From Azolla caroliniana (lineage: Eukaryota; Plantae; Polypodiophyta): a stretch of 64,000 nucleotides of DNA. The position numbers and the translations under genes are program-made. The stretch's first letter is position 1; each line of letters begins with the position of its first letter. The stretch is from the NCBI GenBank assembly GCA_043228905.1, contig JBHGNT010000017.1, positions 1,550,001 to 1,614,000 on the forward strand. Reading direction: 5' to 3'. Below, piece by piece: positions 12,134-25,818 of the stretch. Below the pieces are notes generated by a model that saw only the letters and a program-made list of their open reading frames with translations, had not been told where the DNA came from and did no database searches.

Positions 12134-15100
12134 ATGGACGACTTTGAGAAGGCCATTATCTATAGCTTTGATCAAAGTGGAGGGGTCAATGATCAGCTGA
12201 AAGCCCAAGCGTTGAGCTATTGTGAGCAAGCTAAGCATTCCCCTAATATCATACAAGCTTGCTTGGAGAAACTTAGGGTCTCACAGTATGCGGAGGTTCA
12301 ATTCTGGTGTCTTCAAACCCTGGAAGAGATTGTGAAAGCTAGATATGTTCTCATGGATGTGGCTGAGAGGTCGTTTTTGCAAAACGCAATACTCGGGATA
12401 ATGGCTAGTTATGGCCATGATGTGGACGCTTCTTTGGAGCCTCGTCCTATTTTTGTAAAAAACAAGCTAGCCCAGATAATAGTGATTCTCATGTGTTTTG
12501 ATTACCCTTCAGGCTGGCCTTCAGTCTTTTTGAATCTACTGAGCTTTGCAATGAAAGGACCTGGTGAAGTTGAAATGTTCTGCCGTGTATTAAACACACT
12601 TGACGAAGAGGTGATAAGCTTAGATTACCCACGGAAACCTGATGAAATTGCCGTAGCTACTCGAATCAAAGATGCAATGAGAAGCCAATGTGTGTCTCAA
12701 ATTGTTGGAACTTGCTATAACCTTATGATGGCATATAAAGGGTCAAGGCCACACTTAGCTGGCATGGTGCTTCAAACCTTACAGCGATGTGTTGCATGGA
12801 TTGATATCAACCTTGTTGCAAATGACACTTTCATTCCTATCATATTTGAGTTTGTTACATCACCTCAGGAGAGTACTGAACTTAGAGGTGCAGCGCTGGA
12901 TTGCTTGCTGGCCATTGTATCAAAGAGAATGGAGGCTTCATTGAAGCTCTCTCTCTTAGGACAGCTTCAAATTGGTAGGATTTGTGGACCTAATATGGAA
13001 AAGCAAGGGACAGAATTGGCATTGAAATTGAGTGCTTTGCTTACTTGCTTTGCTAATGAAGTGTTAGAGTGCCATAAGAAGCTTCCTGGAGGGTCATCAA
13101 CTTGTGGGACAAGCACGGAAGATCTATTGGATGCTGTATTGCCCTCAATTTTCTACTACTTGCAATATGGAGAGGAAGAAATATCATCCACAACATTTCA
13201 GTTCTTCACCAATTATGTGACTGCAATGAAAACCATCAAGTTCTCTGGGGAGAAGCAAGCTGCCCATTTGACACAGATACTTGATGCTATTTCCAAAAGG
13301 ATGTGCTATGATCAAGAAGACCAAGAATGCCTAGATTTGCCTGATAACTCTGGTAAGGAGGAGGAGGAAAGGATGTCCGAGTACAGAAAGGATTTGCTTG
13401 GGTTGTTCCGGAGTATACATAGGTTTGCGCCAAATGTAACAGTAGGATTTGTGAAAGGAAATCTCGCTAGATCTCTTGGAAACTCAGAGGTGCAATTTCA
13501 AGAAGCTGAAGCAGCTATCACTCTCTTTTACATCCTCGGGGAGGGATTAACTGAAGAAAGTTTCAAATCTGGAAATGCTGATGTAGAGGAAATGGCCAAT
13601 ATCTTGTTCACAAGTCAAATATCTTGTCATTCTCACCGACTGGTAGCTCTTCCTTACTTGGAAACTGTGACAAGATATGGACGCCTTGTACAACAACATC
13701 CAGAGTATATTCCTGTGATTCTTGGGATTTTCCTAGATAAGAGAGGGATACATCATCCCAATCACAATGTTAGTGGGAGAGCTAGCTATCTTTTCATGAG
13801 GTTTGTGAAGATGTTGCGACTTCAATTGTTACCATATGTGGAAGTTGTACTCCAGGTACGATATTTTATGCTCTGGTGAATTGATTCTAAACAAGGGATC
13901 ATCGATAGTGTTCCTTATTTCATACGCAAAGTATATGCAACCATTGGTTTAAGGACCATGTATCTAACCATGCAATAGTTTTGTATGAATGTCCACATTG
14001 TAATTATAGACTTTGTTTGCAGAGTTTGCAAGACATTTTAACCGGGTTTACCAGTGGTAAAACACTGGCCAAAACAGTCCAAAATGTAGGCTTTGAAGAT
14101 GGAAGTCATGCATTTGAGGTCTGTATACTGTGTCATATAGAGTTATAATTCCTGAAGAAATATAGAAATTTTAATAAGCTACATTTTTACAGGCTATTGG
14201 TTTGCTTCTTGGAATGGAGGATCTGTCTGAAGATAAGCAGACGAAATTCTTATCTGTGCTTCTTTTACCACTTTGCAGCCAAGTATGTGGCCACAGTTTT
14301 CTTAAACTTCCATCAAAAAGCTGAAATTAATTGAATATAGTACATTTCAGGGTTTGTTAACTGTTCTATTTTGGATAATGTTCCATTTGGAGTCACACTT
14401 AGGTTCCAGTCACAACTTGTGAAATAAGTGGTTTGTTAAGATGGAAATCATGAAATAATTCCCTGCTGTCTCTTTGGTTATTTTTAGTAAAACTTTCATT
14501 ATGTAGGTGCAGAACAATGTGAAGCCATTTGTTTTCTTGCATTGGCAATAGTCGATTTGACAAAATGCTAGTTTATAAATTGTGCAATATCACTTTATAT
14601 GTGGTAAAACTTTAGCTTGAGTAGATTTGGATTCACAAAAATGAGCTATTGCCACTTATCGTTATTTTTTGTTTGGATAAAAAAAAATCAGGATTGCTCT
14701 GAATTGCTTCCTCCTAGATACATTTTGAGAAATATGTTTTTGCTTAAAAATGATGTTCTGTTTTCCTGTAGCCTTCAACGGAATTATCTATTAATTGATC
14801 AATTCTTCAGGTTGAAACGTTACTGGCTAATCGACCTCCAGGAGAAGATTCTGTAGGACCATCTCCCACTGCAGTGGCTTTGCAACAAGTTATTGTAGCA
14901 ATCAGCTCCTTGAGCAAGGTATTGTCATTTTTGGATAAATTTAGGATGCTTTGGAAATTCAGAAGTTAATTTTATGTTTTACTTGCTCCAGATATTCAAT
15001 AATTGTGATTGCTTTCTAGTTTTTATCATTTTGCTGGCTATTTACTTAGTATTGTTACTTATTAGATGATGGTTTTGATACACAAGTAGTAAGGACTTGC

Positions 15101-18100
15101 TGTTTTCTTGTGTTTATCATGGCTTTTCGTGGTTTCCTTATCAAGCTACACCTACTTTTGTTTTGGCCATAGCCATTTTCAAACATGCATTAAATGTTTC
15201 ATGCCATTTGTGGTGAACACAGTTGACTAACATAGCTTGTAAGTAGACATGATACGTTTATGGTTTGTATTGGATGTATTCAAAAGCATGCCAAAATATA
15301 GTACAGCTGTCTACTTTCTTCTCCCCTACCAGAGAAATGATGACATGGCAGCTTGAGCCACCAGCTACTAGTCTCTCTGGTTCAGCTGTAGATGAACAAG
15401 GTTTTCAAGCAGCCAACTGTCTCCTCAATCAACAGGTGGATGGCCTTATTCTGAATATCTATATTATGGACACAGATATGGTCATGGTTGTAGAGTTATA
15501 TAAAGGGCTATCCAATCTTCATAATTTTGTAATCGTCTTTTCTTGTTCATTGCACGAATGAATCCACTCACTTGTGGTGGAAAGAGGCAGAGATGTTGGA
15601 TGAAAGTATCTCTATGCCAAGTATGGGTTGTGCATCAACATCTTAATAACCTGATTGGACTCAACCCAGGAGATAGGAGAGTCCTACTCTAGCTTTAAAA
15701 TTATTAAAATACACAGACCTGTGCATTAAACATGAGATTAGGAATAAGGTTAGAGACAGGTATGGTCTGGGCATATAGTTTGGAAAGGTATTGTCTACAC
15801 ATTAACATAATTGATGCACTATCTGAGGCTTTTAAGATATGTAAAGGATTAGCTATGTTTGATCATCTCTTCACCCATTCATTACCTGATGTATAGGTTT
15901 TAGTGCAATATGGAACATGGTAGGGATCTGTGGGTAAATGAGCCAACAACATACGGGGGCTCAGAAATACTCTTCTAGGCATTTGACTATGTGCAGAAAT
16001 ATAATTTTTGTTCTGATAGATCAGATATATTAGCTAAACGTGTCATACTAGTGGTTTCTTGGCCCATGCCTGTCACATACTTTTTGTGCGAACTGTTGCA
16101 CAGCAATAATACAGAATCGGCCAATCCTTGTTTTCCAGATCACAGAGCTATTTGGGGATTGTTCTGTTGTGATTGAGTTGTACACTGCCTCCTCTAATTT
16201 CAAAACCATGCAGCTACTAGCCTGTGCCTGTCACATATCTTTTTCTGTTTGACCATTCCACCCAACAATAAAAAACTGAATCAGCCAATCCCTATATTCT
16301 AGATCAATAGAGCATTGCGATTTCAATTCTATAGTGAGTTTTTGAGCAAGATTCTATTCTGATGGAGTCAACAATAAAAAACTGAATCAGCCAATCCCTA
16401 TATTCTAGATCAATGGAGTATTGTGCTTTCAATTCTATAGTGTGTTTTTGAACAAGATTCTATTCTGATGGAGTCAACAATAAAAAACTTAATCAGCCAA
16501 TCCCTATATTCTAGATCAATAGAACATTGCGATTCAATTCTATAGTGAGTTTTTGAGCAAGATTCTATTCTGATGGAGCCAACAATAAAAAACTGAATCA
16601 GCCAATCCCTATATTTTAGATCAATAGAGTATTGCAATTTCAATTCTATAGCGAGTTTTTGAGCAAGATTCTATTCTGATGGAGTCAACAACAAAAAAAA
16701 AGAATCAGCCAATCCCTATATTCTAGATCAATTGAGCATTGCGATTTCAATTCTATAGTGAGTTTTTGAGCAAAATTCTATTCAATAAAAAACTGAATCA
16801 GCCAATACCTATATTTTAGATCAATAGAGCATTGCAATTTCAATTCTATAGTGTGTTTTTGAGCAAGATTCTATTCTGATGGAGCCAACAATAAAAAACT
16901 GAATCAGTCAATTCCTATATTTTAGATCAATAGAGCATTGCAATTTCAATTCTATAGCGAGTTTTTGAGCAAGATTCTATTCTGATGGAGTCTATTCTAT
17001 CCACGGTAAGGCTCCGAGTAGGCTAATTTGCGTCAGCCTGGTGGATTGCTTGCATAGGAGAGCTCTGCTGCATTTGCACATATTCATTAAGCATTTCTAA
17101 ATTGACGCAAATCTCTTGATTTGGTAAGCAGCTCATAATGTTGCAAATTGATTGCCTAATTAAGAAATCAACATCAGTTTATGTGTATGCTTTCTACACA
17201 CTTGACACCTGGTCACACCATTTAAATTGTTACCAAGATATTTTAATGTACCCAACTATCATCATTTATCTATGAACTCTGGATCAGCATTTATTCCTTA
17301 GGCTAAAAGGTTCTTTAGGTGAGGTACAAAAAATTGCCAAGACGTAAACTTATGTCACATGCATTTCTTTAGGTATTGTTTTGTCTCGAAATTGCAAGGC
17401 AATTGAATACTTGTCATGCAAACTTTCCATGGTTTTGCAAAGCTTAACAAAATCTGAAACAGACTATTAAATCTTAAGCCAGGTATTTTAACATGTATCG
17501 GGCAATCATGAACTATTAATGAATTCTAAATCTGCATTTATTCCTCATGCTGAAAGGTTTTTCTACGTGAGGCATAGCCAGGACTTCCACTTTTGTCACA
17601 AGTATTTCTTTAGTTTTGTTAATGAGTATTATTTCAACGTTTAATTGCAAAGCAATTGAGTGCTTATCAGATAACCCTTCCATGTTTCTTGCGCAGTTTC
17701 ACAAAATCTAAAACAGTTCTGTTAAATAAATAAATGCTAATTTATGTATGCACATGCACACACGTATATATCAATGCATAATGTGTAGTATTTAGTCCGT
17801 GATGCTATGTAGTATCTGTTATGTGATGCTATGTAGTATCTAGTACATAGCAGATATGTGGTGCTACCTAGTATCAATATGTGATGCTTTGTACTATGTA
17901 GTTCGTGGCAGATGCTACTCAGTATCTACTATCTAGCATCTAGTACATAGCAGGTATGTGGTGCTACCTAGTATCTAGTAAATATGTGATAATACGTAGT
18001 ATCTAGTATCAAGTACCTAGTATGTAGCAGATGCTAAATGGTATCTAGCATCTAGTATGCAGCAGATTCTAGATACCACGTCTAGTATATTATGCTACCT

Positions 18101-21100
18101 GGTATCTAGTATCTAGTACATGATGCTACCTGGTATCTAGTATCTAGTATGTGATGCTACCTGGTATCTAGTATCTAGTAAGTGATGCTACATAGTATCG
18201 GTATCTAGTACATAATACGTAGTACAGAATAGACAGTTGACGACAGAGAACACACATCATTAAAGTTTGAACCAAATCACTTGAATATGTATCACATATT
18301 AGTTATCACGTATCATGTAATCCGTAAAACCTAATATGTAACGTGTAATTCATACTATGTAATCCATAATGTGTAATGCATAATATTATATTTTTTGAAA
18401 CCATAGGTGTATGCTAATTTTTCATACTTTTGTGATGTGAAACTGGGATTCATTGTAGCTTTCTCACTCTTCAACGATGTGAAGAGACTTGTGTCTTCTT
18501 AGTTTTGAATGTCAGCAGCCCATCTTTCATTTTTTAGGCCCTTGTATCTGACATAACTTGTATTCGTTATACTATGGATGTATGCATGCACAAATGGGTC
18601 AAAGTACATGCACTACATATCATCCCTCTACATACAATCTACGTTGAGTGCTATTTTTATCAAGATTTCCATTTATTAGATGTAAAATACTCCCGACTGT
18701 GTTTGCGAAAACTAGGGTTTTGGAGAAGAACTTGCAACGAGTATGCGCCCAGCCATTGGTGTACTTTTTAAACAGGTAAAAATTAATTAGGTCTATAGAA
18801 CACAACTTTGCTGGTTACTAAAATTATTTGCTGTATTATAAACAGGCATTGGATGTTTCCCTCCACATTTTACAAATATTTCCAAAAAATAAACCACTTC
18901 GAGGAAAGGTGATTCTGGTTTTCCATAGGATGCATGATCTATTATGTTGTTTGTCTCTATTGATGAGATTCTAATGTTTGCCAATGCAGGTGGTGTCTTT
19001 TCTTCATCGAATGATTGAGACACTTGGTAGTGCTATGTTTCCATTTCTACCAACTGTGTTTCAGCAACTTCTCCTTGATATTGAGGTGCTTGCATTTCCA
19101 TTTATCTATCCCCTTCTATAATCTATGAAGATTCCTAGAAATTCTGGAAGACATGTGCCTGGAGTGAGTCATGAAGCAGACTGCTTGCTTGTTTTTTTGT
19201 ACCTGTCATCGTTATACTGCATTAAGAACTAAAATTATACATTTCCTTGAAAGAAAATGGAGAGCAAAAGTGGCAAAATGCAATTTGTGAATGTTTAATG
19301 TGAAACGTTCTTCAATCTTAAAAATATTAGTTGCAATAATACTGTATTCAGCTATGTGGGAACTTGTAAATCACACAAAACATATTCCACACATTCTATA
19401 TGGTAGCATAGTGTAAATAAATTCTTTGAAAATAGGCAAAAGCAAAATTTGTGTTGTTTACTGGTGGTTTCAAAGGCTCTACATTCCGTCAAATGGATGC
19501 AATTCAATATAGGAGTTTCTTGGCGCTTTCTTTATGTGTTGATATCATGCTTGATATACATGCTAGGAACAAATTTAACTGGTTTATTCTGGTTGCAAGT
19601 ATGTGGCTGATTTTGTAGTCCATTATTTGGCAGCCAAGGGAAATGGTGGAGCTTCTGGTTCTGATTAATCAGCTTATGGGAAAATTCAAGTCAGAAATTA
19701 AAAATCTTGTTCAAGAGATGTTTCCCTTCGTTGTTGGTCGAATTATATCCATATTACCTAAGGAAGCTCTTCCAGATGGCCCTGGATCTCATACAGAGGT
19801 AAACTATAAGGATACATGAGAAACCTTGGAAGCACATGCTTTTGATTCTATGTCCTTTCAATAACGTTTCAAAGTTATGTGCATTTATGTAGCCTTGATT
19901 TTCCATGTTGTCTACTGCTGCTTATTCGTTGGTAGGACCCTTCTTTTGTAATTTCTCATAAGTGGTTTTACTGCTGGTCCTCTACTCTGCATGCAAGTTG
20001 CTTCATATCTTCTAGTAATTCATGCAATCAGGTTTATTTCAGTTCCGGTGTATGTTTCTTCTGACCTCAGTATCCGCTGACACTGTTGCCACTTACATAG
20101 TTTTAGATTTCTCATTGTAGGTTTAATCCTAGTGACAGGCTTTGGGTAGGAAAGTAAGGGCAGTATTTAGCGTAGCAACATAGGATATACCATTTACAGT
20201 CTTCTTGATCTTCTAGAAGTTCCTCTCAGTGAATTGCCTCCTTCTGTCTCATCCTTATTATTTCAATTACTGAGGGATGTCTCTTTGCTAGAATTCTGAG
20301 ATATTTTGAAGATGATTGCCAAAGATTACAAAGCTACTATGGTGTAAGACCTCATAAGCTATTATAGATTCCATCTATTGTTTGAATCTCTCAGATGTGT
20401 CACTTTGATACATTATTATAGATTTCCTCATAGGGTATGTGGGCATGAAGACACATGATGTAATATATATTTGTTTTTTGGAGTTTGTCACAAAAAGCAC
20501 TTACATATATTGCTACCACTCTGAACCTCCAGATGAATGTGAAATTAGTGCAATACCATGTGCATATTGAATAGATAATTACCACTCTGGAAGAAATAGG
20601 TGATTGTGGGCAGTCATGGCCGCTGAAAAGATTATTACATCCACATTTGGGTTCTTGTGCATCAGACACTCAACTGCCATGGCACTATTATGATATACTA
20701 CCTTCAGTTATTCTAGATGATGTGAAGGGAATCACAGACATTGCTATGTGTTGTAGATGCATTAGGTCTGGAGCTTGATGTTTTTTGTCACACTAAGATA
20801 TGGAAAGTGGTGCAGCTAATAAGGAGCGCAGCAAAGATTCTTTTTTCAATGTCACACTGTAGAGACAATAGATTCGAGCTTAGGATTTCTTGTCAAGCTA
20901 AGAAATGTGATTAGCTATGGAAATTTCATAAATGCTTTATGTTCATGTGCGCACTAAGATATGGAAAGTGGTGCAACTAATAAGGAGCGCAGTGAAGATT
21001 CTTTTTTCAATGTCACACGGTAGAGACAATAGATTTCAAGCTTAGGATTTTTTGTCAAGCTAAGATATGTGATTAGCTATGGAAATTTCATAAATGCTTT

Positions 21101-22050
21101 ATGTTCATGTGCAGGAAGTACAGGAATTGCGGGATCTTGAGCGTACTTTTTTCACTTTTCTGCATATGATTGCGCAGCATGGGTTTTCCTCCATATTCCT
21201 TTCAAGCGAGAGCAGTCATCTTCTCAATGACATCATCCAGTCAATTATGCTTGCCTTATATGAGCATAAAGATGCATTGGTCAGGAAGGTATGCTAATTG
21301 TAAATAATGCTATGAGCATCAGAGTGTGTATACATTGATTATGAATGGCACTATATCGTGTTTAGATTGGTTTATGAAAATAGGCTTTCCTGTCTTAGGT
21401 CTGTGTGCAGATTTTTATACAACTCATTAAAGATTGGTGTGGCAAGTGTGCTGAAGAAGAGAAGGTATGGAAGTTTATTTGAATTGAGGATGCTGATAAA
21501 TGTTCCCTTGTATGATGTGGACCGTCATTTCCCTGATCCAGGTTCCTGGATTCCGAACCTTTGTGGTAGAAACATTTGCGGCAAAGTGTTGTGTTTATAG
21601 TGTTCTAGATCCATCATTCAATCTGCGAGATGCAAATACAGTAAGATTGTTCTAGTCCAGTGCTTTTTGAACTGTTGATTTTTTATGGCTGCTTAATCTG
21701 AAATTGTCGTCGTTGCTATAGTTTTCTCTTTTTGGTGAGATTGTAGCTGCTCAAAAGGTGATATATGAGCATTGTGGTAATGAATTTCTGATACATCAAG
21801 CAACAAAAGTGCTTCCTGCAGTCCATTGTCCACCAAACCTAGCGGAACAATACTGCTTACAAATTCAGGTATTAGGATTTTACATCAAGTTTGACAGGTT
21901 CTCTTATTTGAGAGTTTACATCTTGTTTGACAAGAACCTTATATTTGTTTCTCATTGCAGCATTTAGATGTAAAAGAGTTAAGGTCATTTTACAAGAACC
22001 TCGTGGAAAAGTTGAGACCACATCAAAATGGTAGCATGGTTTCCAGATAA
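12134..22050 (+). CDS. PSD: Exportin-T (tRNA export receptor; PAUSED/XPOT/Los1 orthologue), ~991 aa
   Basis: ATG at 12134 (MDDFEKAIIYSFDQ), just after an intron acceptor. Exons 12134-13855, 14023-14118, 14193-14282, 14811-14918, 18716-18775, 18846-18908, 18990-19085, 19634-19798, 21115-21288, 21399-21464, 21542-21640, 21722-21868, 21961-22050. Motifs QFWCLQTL, FVKNKLAQ, RIKDAMR, WIDINLVAN, RGIHHPN, C-terminal QNGSMVSR match Arabidopsis PAUSED. Confidence 0.96.
16263..16992. repeat. Tandem array of ~106-bp unit, 7 copies, in exportin-T intron 4
   Basis: Unit CAACAATAAAAAACTGAATCAGCCAATCCCTATATTCTAGATCAATAGAGCATTGC..CTGATGGAG starts at about 16263, 16369, 16475, 16580, 16686, 16783 (deleted junction) and 16886. 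Confidence 0.95.
17785..18225. repeat. Degenerate ~30-bp minisatellite (GTGATGCTACCTGGTATCTAGTATCTAGTA) in exportin-T intron 4
   Basis: Repeated TAGTATCTAG and GATGCTAC motifs; cleanest copies at 18090-18200. Confidence 0.85.
20791..21112. repeat. Tandem duplication of ~160 bp abutting the exon 9 acceptor of exportin-T
   Basis: Copies 20791-20950 and 20952-21112 are near-identical (CACTAAGATATGGAAAGTGG...GTTCATGTGC). Confidence 0.95.
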
Positions 22051-24557
22051 CGTTCCGCTCACACAGTCAAACTGTGCTAGATTGTATATTTGGTGAAATT
22101 ATTTGCAAGATTTGCTAATGGAAGTGTTCCATAATGTGGGTATTTGTGTGGACCATTTGGAATTAAGAGATGTGTCACTCCTGTTACTCCTAAGGGTATG
22201 TTTAGATGTCCTCTTTTTTATATTCCTTTTATGCTACTTTGTAGTCATTTGTGTCTCTATTTTCTGGCTGCAGATGCAGATGGGTGAATTAAGCTTACCG
22301 TCTCTTGGCCAATCGAATGTTACAGTTAAAGATTTTGATATGAGGTTAGGGAATATTTAGTTAATTTGTTCTAATGGAAACAATTTTGGCAGCTGTTTCC
22401 ATTGTAAATGCTCATTAAGGTTGGGAGTTGGTTTGTGGTGATCCTCCTGTAGATTGTCTAATCTATCCCATCCTTCAGGGATTTTTTCACCTAAGAGAAC
22501 ATAACCCCGGGAAATGATAAGCGTTGTGATTTGGTGGCTTGTAAAATTGGCGACAAGGCGATGTTATACTTGCTTTACATGGATCACTTCATCCTTCAGC
22601 TCATGAAAGATCTGTCATATATGAAAAACTTGTATGCCATGGGGTGACAGTTTGACATTGTTTCCCTTTAGTGCCAGCACGACTTGTGAAGCTTTTAAAT
22701 ATTCATAATGAAGATAATACTTGTAAATGTTGTTTTGCTTGTTTTGATGGCAATGACATGGTTGTGAAATCTCATACTTAAATGTATACAAATTCCATAT
22801 CATTCTGCAGTCCCTTTGTATACAATATTGTATGTATTGTTTCCCTAGAATGGTGGACTGATTAGTATGAAATGCTAATGATTTGGATGCCAATTTGAGA
22901 TGATGACTGCTTATGTTCAATTTGCAATGCTGCCATTTGCACATGAATGATGACAAATGGTTATTTGTGTTTGCTTCACGTTTAAACCTCATATATATGA
23001 AGTTATCTTCAAAGTTAAATGCGAATGTAGATTCTGTGAGCCATGCGTACAGAAACTCTGGTGTTGTGTTTGACTGCATGAAGTTCGTGCATGTATTATA
23101 TGATGCTCTTGCTTCTCCAAGGAATTTATAACTATTTAGGAATGTCTTGAGTATGATGGATAAGTGAGTAATATCTTCTTATTTAAGTTTGTTTTTGATT
23201 TGTGTACAGTGTGCACTTGAATCATTAGAAAAAATGTTTTATATTATTGCATCCTGTCAATTACCAAAAGAAGAAAGCAACTTTAAAAGAAACTTGGAGA
23301 CTACATTTCACCATCGTCATTTGCTCTCATATTTCCCATCTCAATCTCATGTTTCCTATCTTAAACTTCTTTTTTTCCGTAATTTATCATCTCCTTTCCC
23401 ATCTCAATCTCGTATATCCCACTGCATGTCATTTTCATGTCTCCCATCAGAATATTGTTTAATACCTTTGTTGACATCTCAAACTTGTTTTTCCAACTAT
23501 CTATGTCACTATTTTCATATTTCTCGGCTCAAATGTGTTTTTTGTACTGTATATACTCTTTCCCATTGGAATATTGTATATCTCACTATATACAATATGT
23601 TTACCATCTGAATCTTGGGGACAATATCACCATCATATAGCATGGGGATTTGATTCAGATGCAGAAGATATAAAGGTCTTTGATCCATTCTATGGAAAAT
23701 ATCACCATGGGGACAATCGTCTCCCTCCATAGATCATCCTACGATAAACAGTATCAGGAAAGAGCGATGTGGAGAGATCAAGCAAAATACACATAATATA
23801 AGAGATAATGACGATGTCGAACCATCATCTGATTGAAACGTGTTACTATGGAAAACTATGGAGGCAAAAATGATGCTTTGGTCGGATAATAGTAAAGGTA
23901 TCACTTACCTGTTCCGAGGATGAATCGAAAGAAGAAGTCTGGAGTGAAGAAGGTGAAGGCGAGGCTGAGATCCTGCAAGACGAAGAGTAAGGCCGAATAG
24001 AGTTCCATCCGTGGTGATTTTCGTGAGGCACACGAGAAGAAGAAGGAGCGCTGTTTTTTTTATGGTAAAAACCTCAGAAATACCCTCAGCGCTTTGTGTT
24101 ATTTCCATTATATGCCCTTCTGTGTTTTCGTTTGTAATTAAAACAATGAGATTAACAAGACATTCAAAATATCGAAGTCTTTGTTTCAAGAAACAAGAAG
24201 GAATCAACGTTTGACAACAACTATCTCGACTTGCATCAAAAGAGGGTCCTAGAGTGTACAATTAATTGTTCACGTAATGAGTTGAATCTACACCTGATTG
24301 ATTATAAAACAAGTTTGCTCTTGATTTGTTACCCTCTTGCTTTACGTAGTACCGCCCATGAAGACATTGGCACCAACGAACAAGAGAAAGGGGGTCTACA
24401 ATTTTAAGCTTAATGGTCACCCCAATGTGTCCAAGTCAAGCGACATTCACGACATTTCAACATGGGACACATTTGACTTAGCCATTTCTTGGATGTTGCA
24501 CACAATTGGATGAACCACTAACTTCCATTTTGTGATGGCAGTGCTCTTAAAAAATTG

Positions 24558-25799
24558 AACCGCAATATACTTTTTTATTTTTATTTTTTATAAAAGATTT
24601 TCTTCAATGGTATTAAGAACAAAATGCCCAAAGGCTACAACTTGAACCTAGCGACCAAGGAGGTTACAACTTTTCTTATACAATGATGTAAGATACTCCT
24701 AAGATCCAATATCAAACTTTGTAAAGGATGTTTACATTTGTTGATATTCAAGAAAGAGTCCATGGAAGTCGATATTGCCATTGAGGCTCTTGAGTTTAGC
24801 CTCTATAGATTGCAATTGTATACCTTTGGTTGCAATTATCTACAGGACTTGCAAAGTGCACCAGTTAGAGTGGTTGCTAAAACTGGAAAGAAATGGATCC
24901 TTGATCCTTATCCATCAATTGCTCATATGTGTGATATCATGTGGTCATACACAAAAGATCTTGTTGCACGATTAACATGGGATCTGGGGGGTTGGCTTTG
25001 GTCACATTCCTTGGGGGAAAAGATCGTAAAGGTCCCCTTCTTTCAGTACTCAGTAAAACTTGGAAGATCATTATTGCTCTCTCATAATGTAACGATACTA
25101 GCAGCTTAGAAACATTGGACCAATTAGGGTGTCTCCACTTTGCATTTGAGAACCTACTGGAAATGGATATGATCATTCAAGGGGCCAACTAAATTTATTC
25201 TCTTTCGATGGTTATTAGTGCATATGGCACTACCAATTGGTCATTCATTGAAAGGGAATGTAGCACCCAATTTGCGGCAATGTGGCTTTTGCCATGAACC
25301 TCAAGAGACTACCAAGCATGTCATATGGTCTTGTTCTTTTGCTCAACAAGTATGGAAGAATGTCATGTCTTTATTCCTAACAATCAATGTAGGTTGCCTA
25401 TTCTCATGGGGATCAGCGATGTGGGGAGTATTACATTCCAACTTGATGTTGTATGAGGCAAACGATGTTCATGAGGCAATGACAATACATAATAGAAGAT
25501 TGATATTAGTTAGTCCCTTTTAGCAACCTCGAAAGCAGGTGCAATCTGTCCAAAATTGGAAAACTGTGACCACAATAACGTTATGGGCATTATGGAAATA
25601 TCGATGTAATCGACTTTATGATGTGGTAGACATTCATCTCTCAGATGTGTTGTTTGAGATATGGGAGAACTTGTTGGCAGTCTGTGGCCAGTATGACAAT
25701 ATGCAGGGTTCCCCAAATGCTGTGAACAAGAAAAGGAAAAAGCTTCTTCACTTATGGAAAAAGGTGCCCCTGTTTACAATGTCAAACCGCAATATACTT
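24558..25799 (-). mobile_element. 5'-truncated, 5'-inverted L1-clade LINE insertion with 15-bp TSD
   Basis: TSD AACCGCAATATACTT at 24558-24572 and 25785-25799. T-rich tail and LINE 3'UTR lie at the left (minus sense), whereas the decayed ORF2 C-terminus (WDLGGW, PFFQYSVK, zf-RVT CGFC..ETTKHVIWSC..AQQVW, LWALWKYRC) reads on + from about 24700 to 25783. Confidence 0.85.
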
Positions 25800-25818
25800 A
25801 GAAGTATTTAAAGCATAT

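Noticed and set aside
16263-16992. CRISPR-like array
   Set aside because: Units are repeated in full with no unique spacers; eukaryotic intron; no cas genes.
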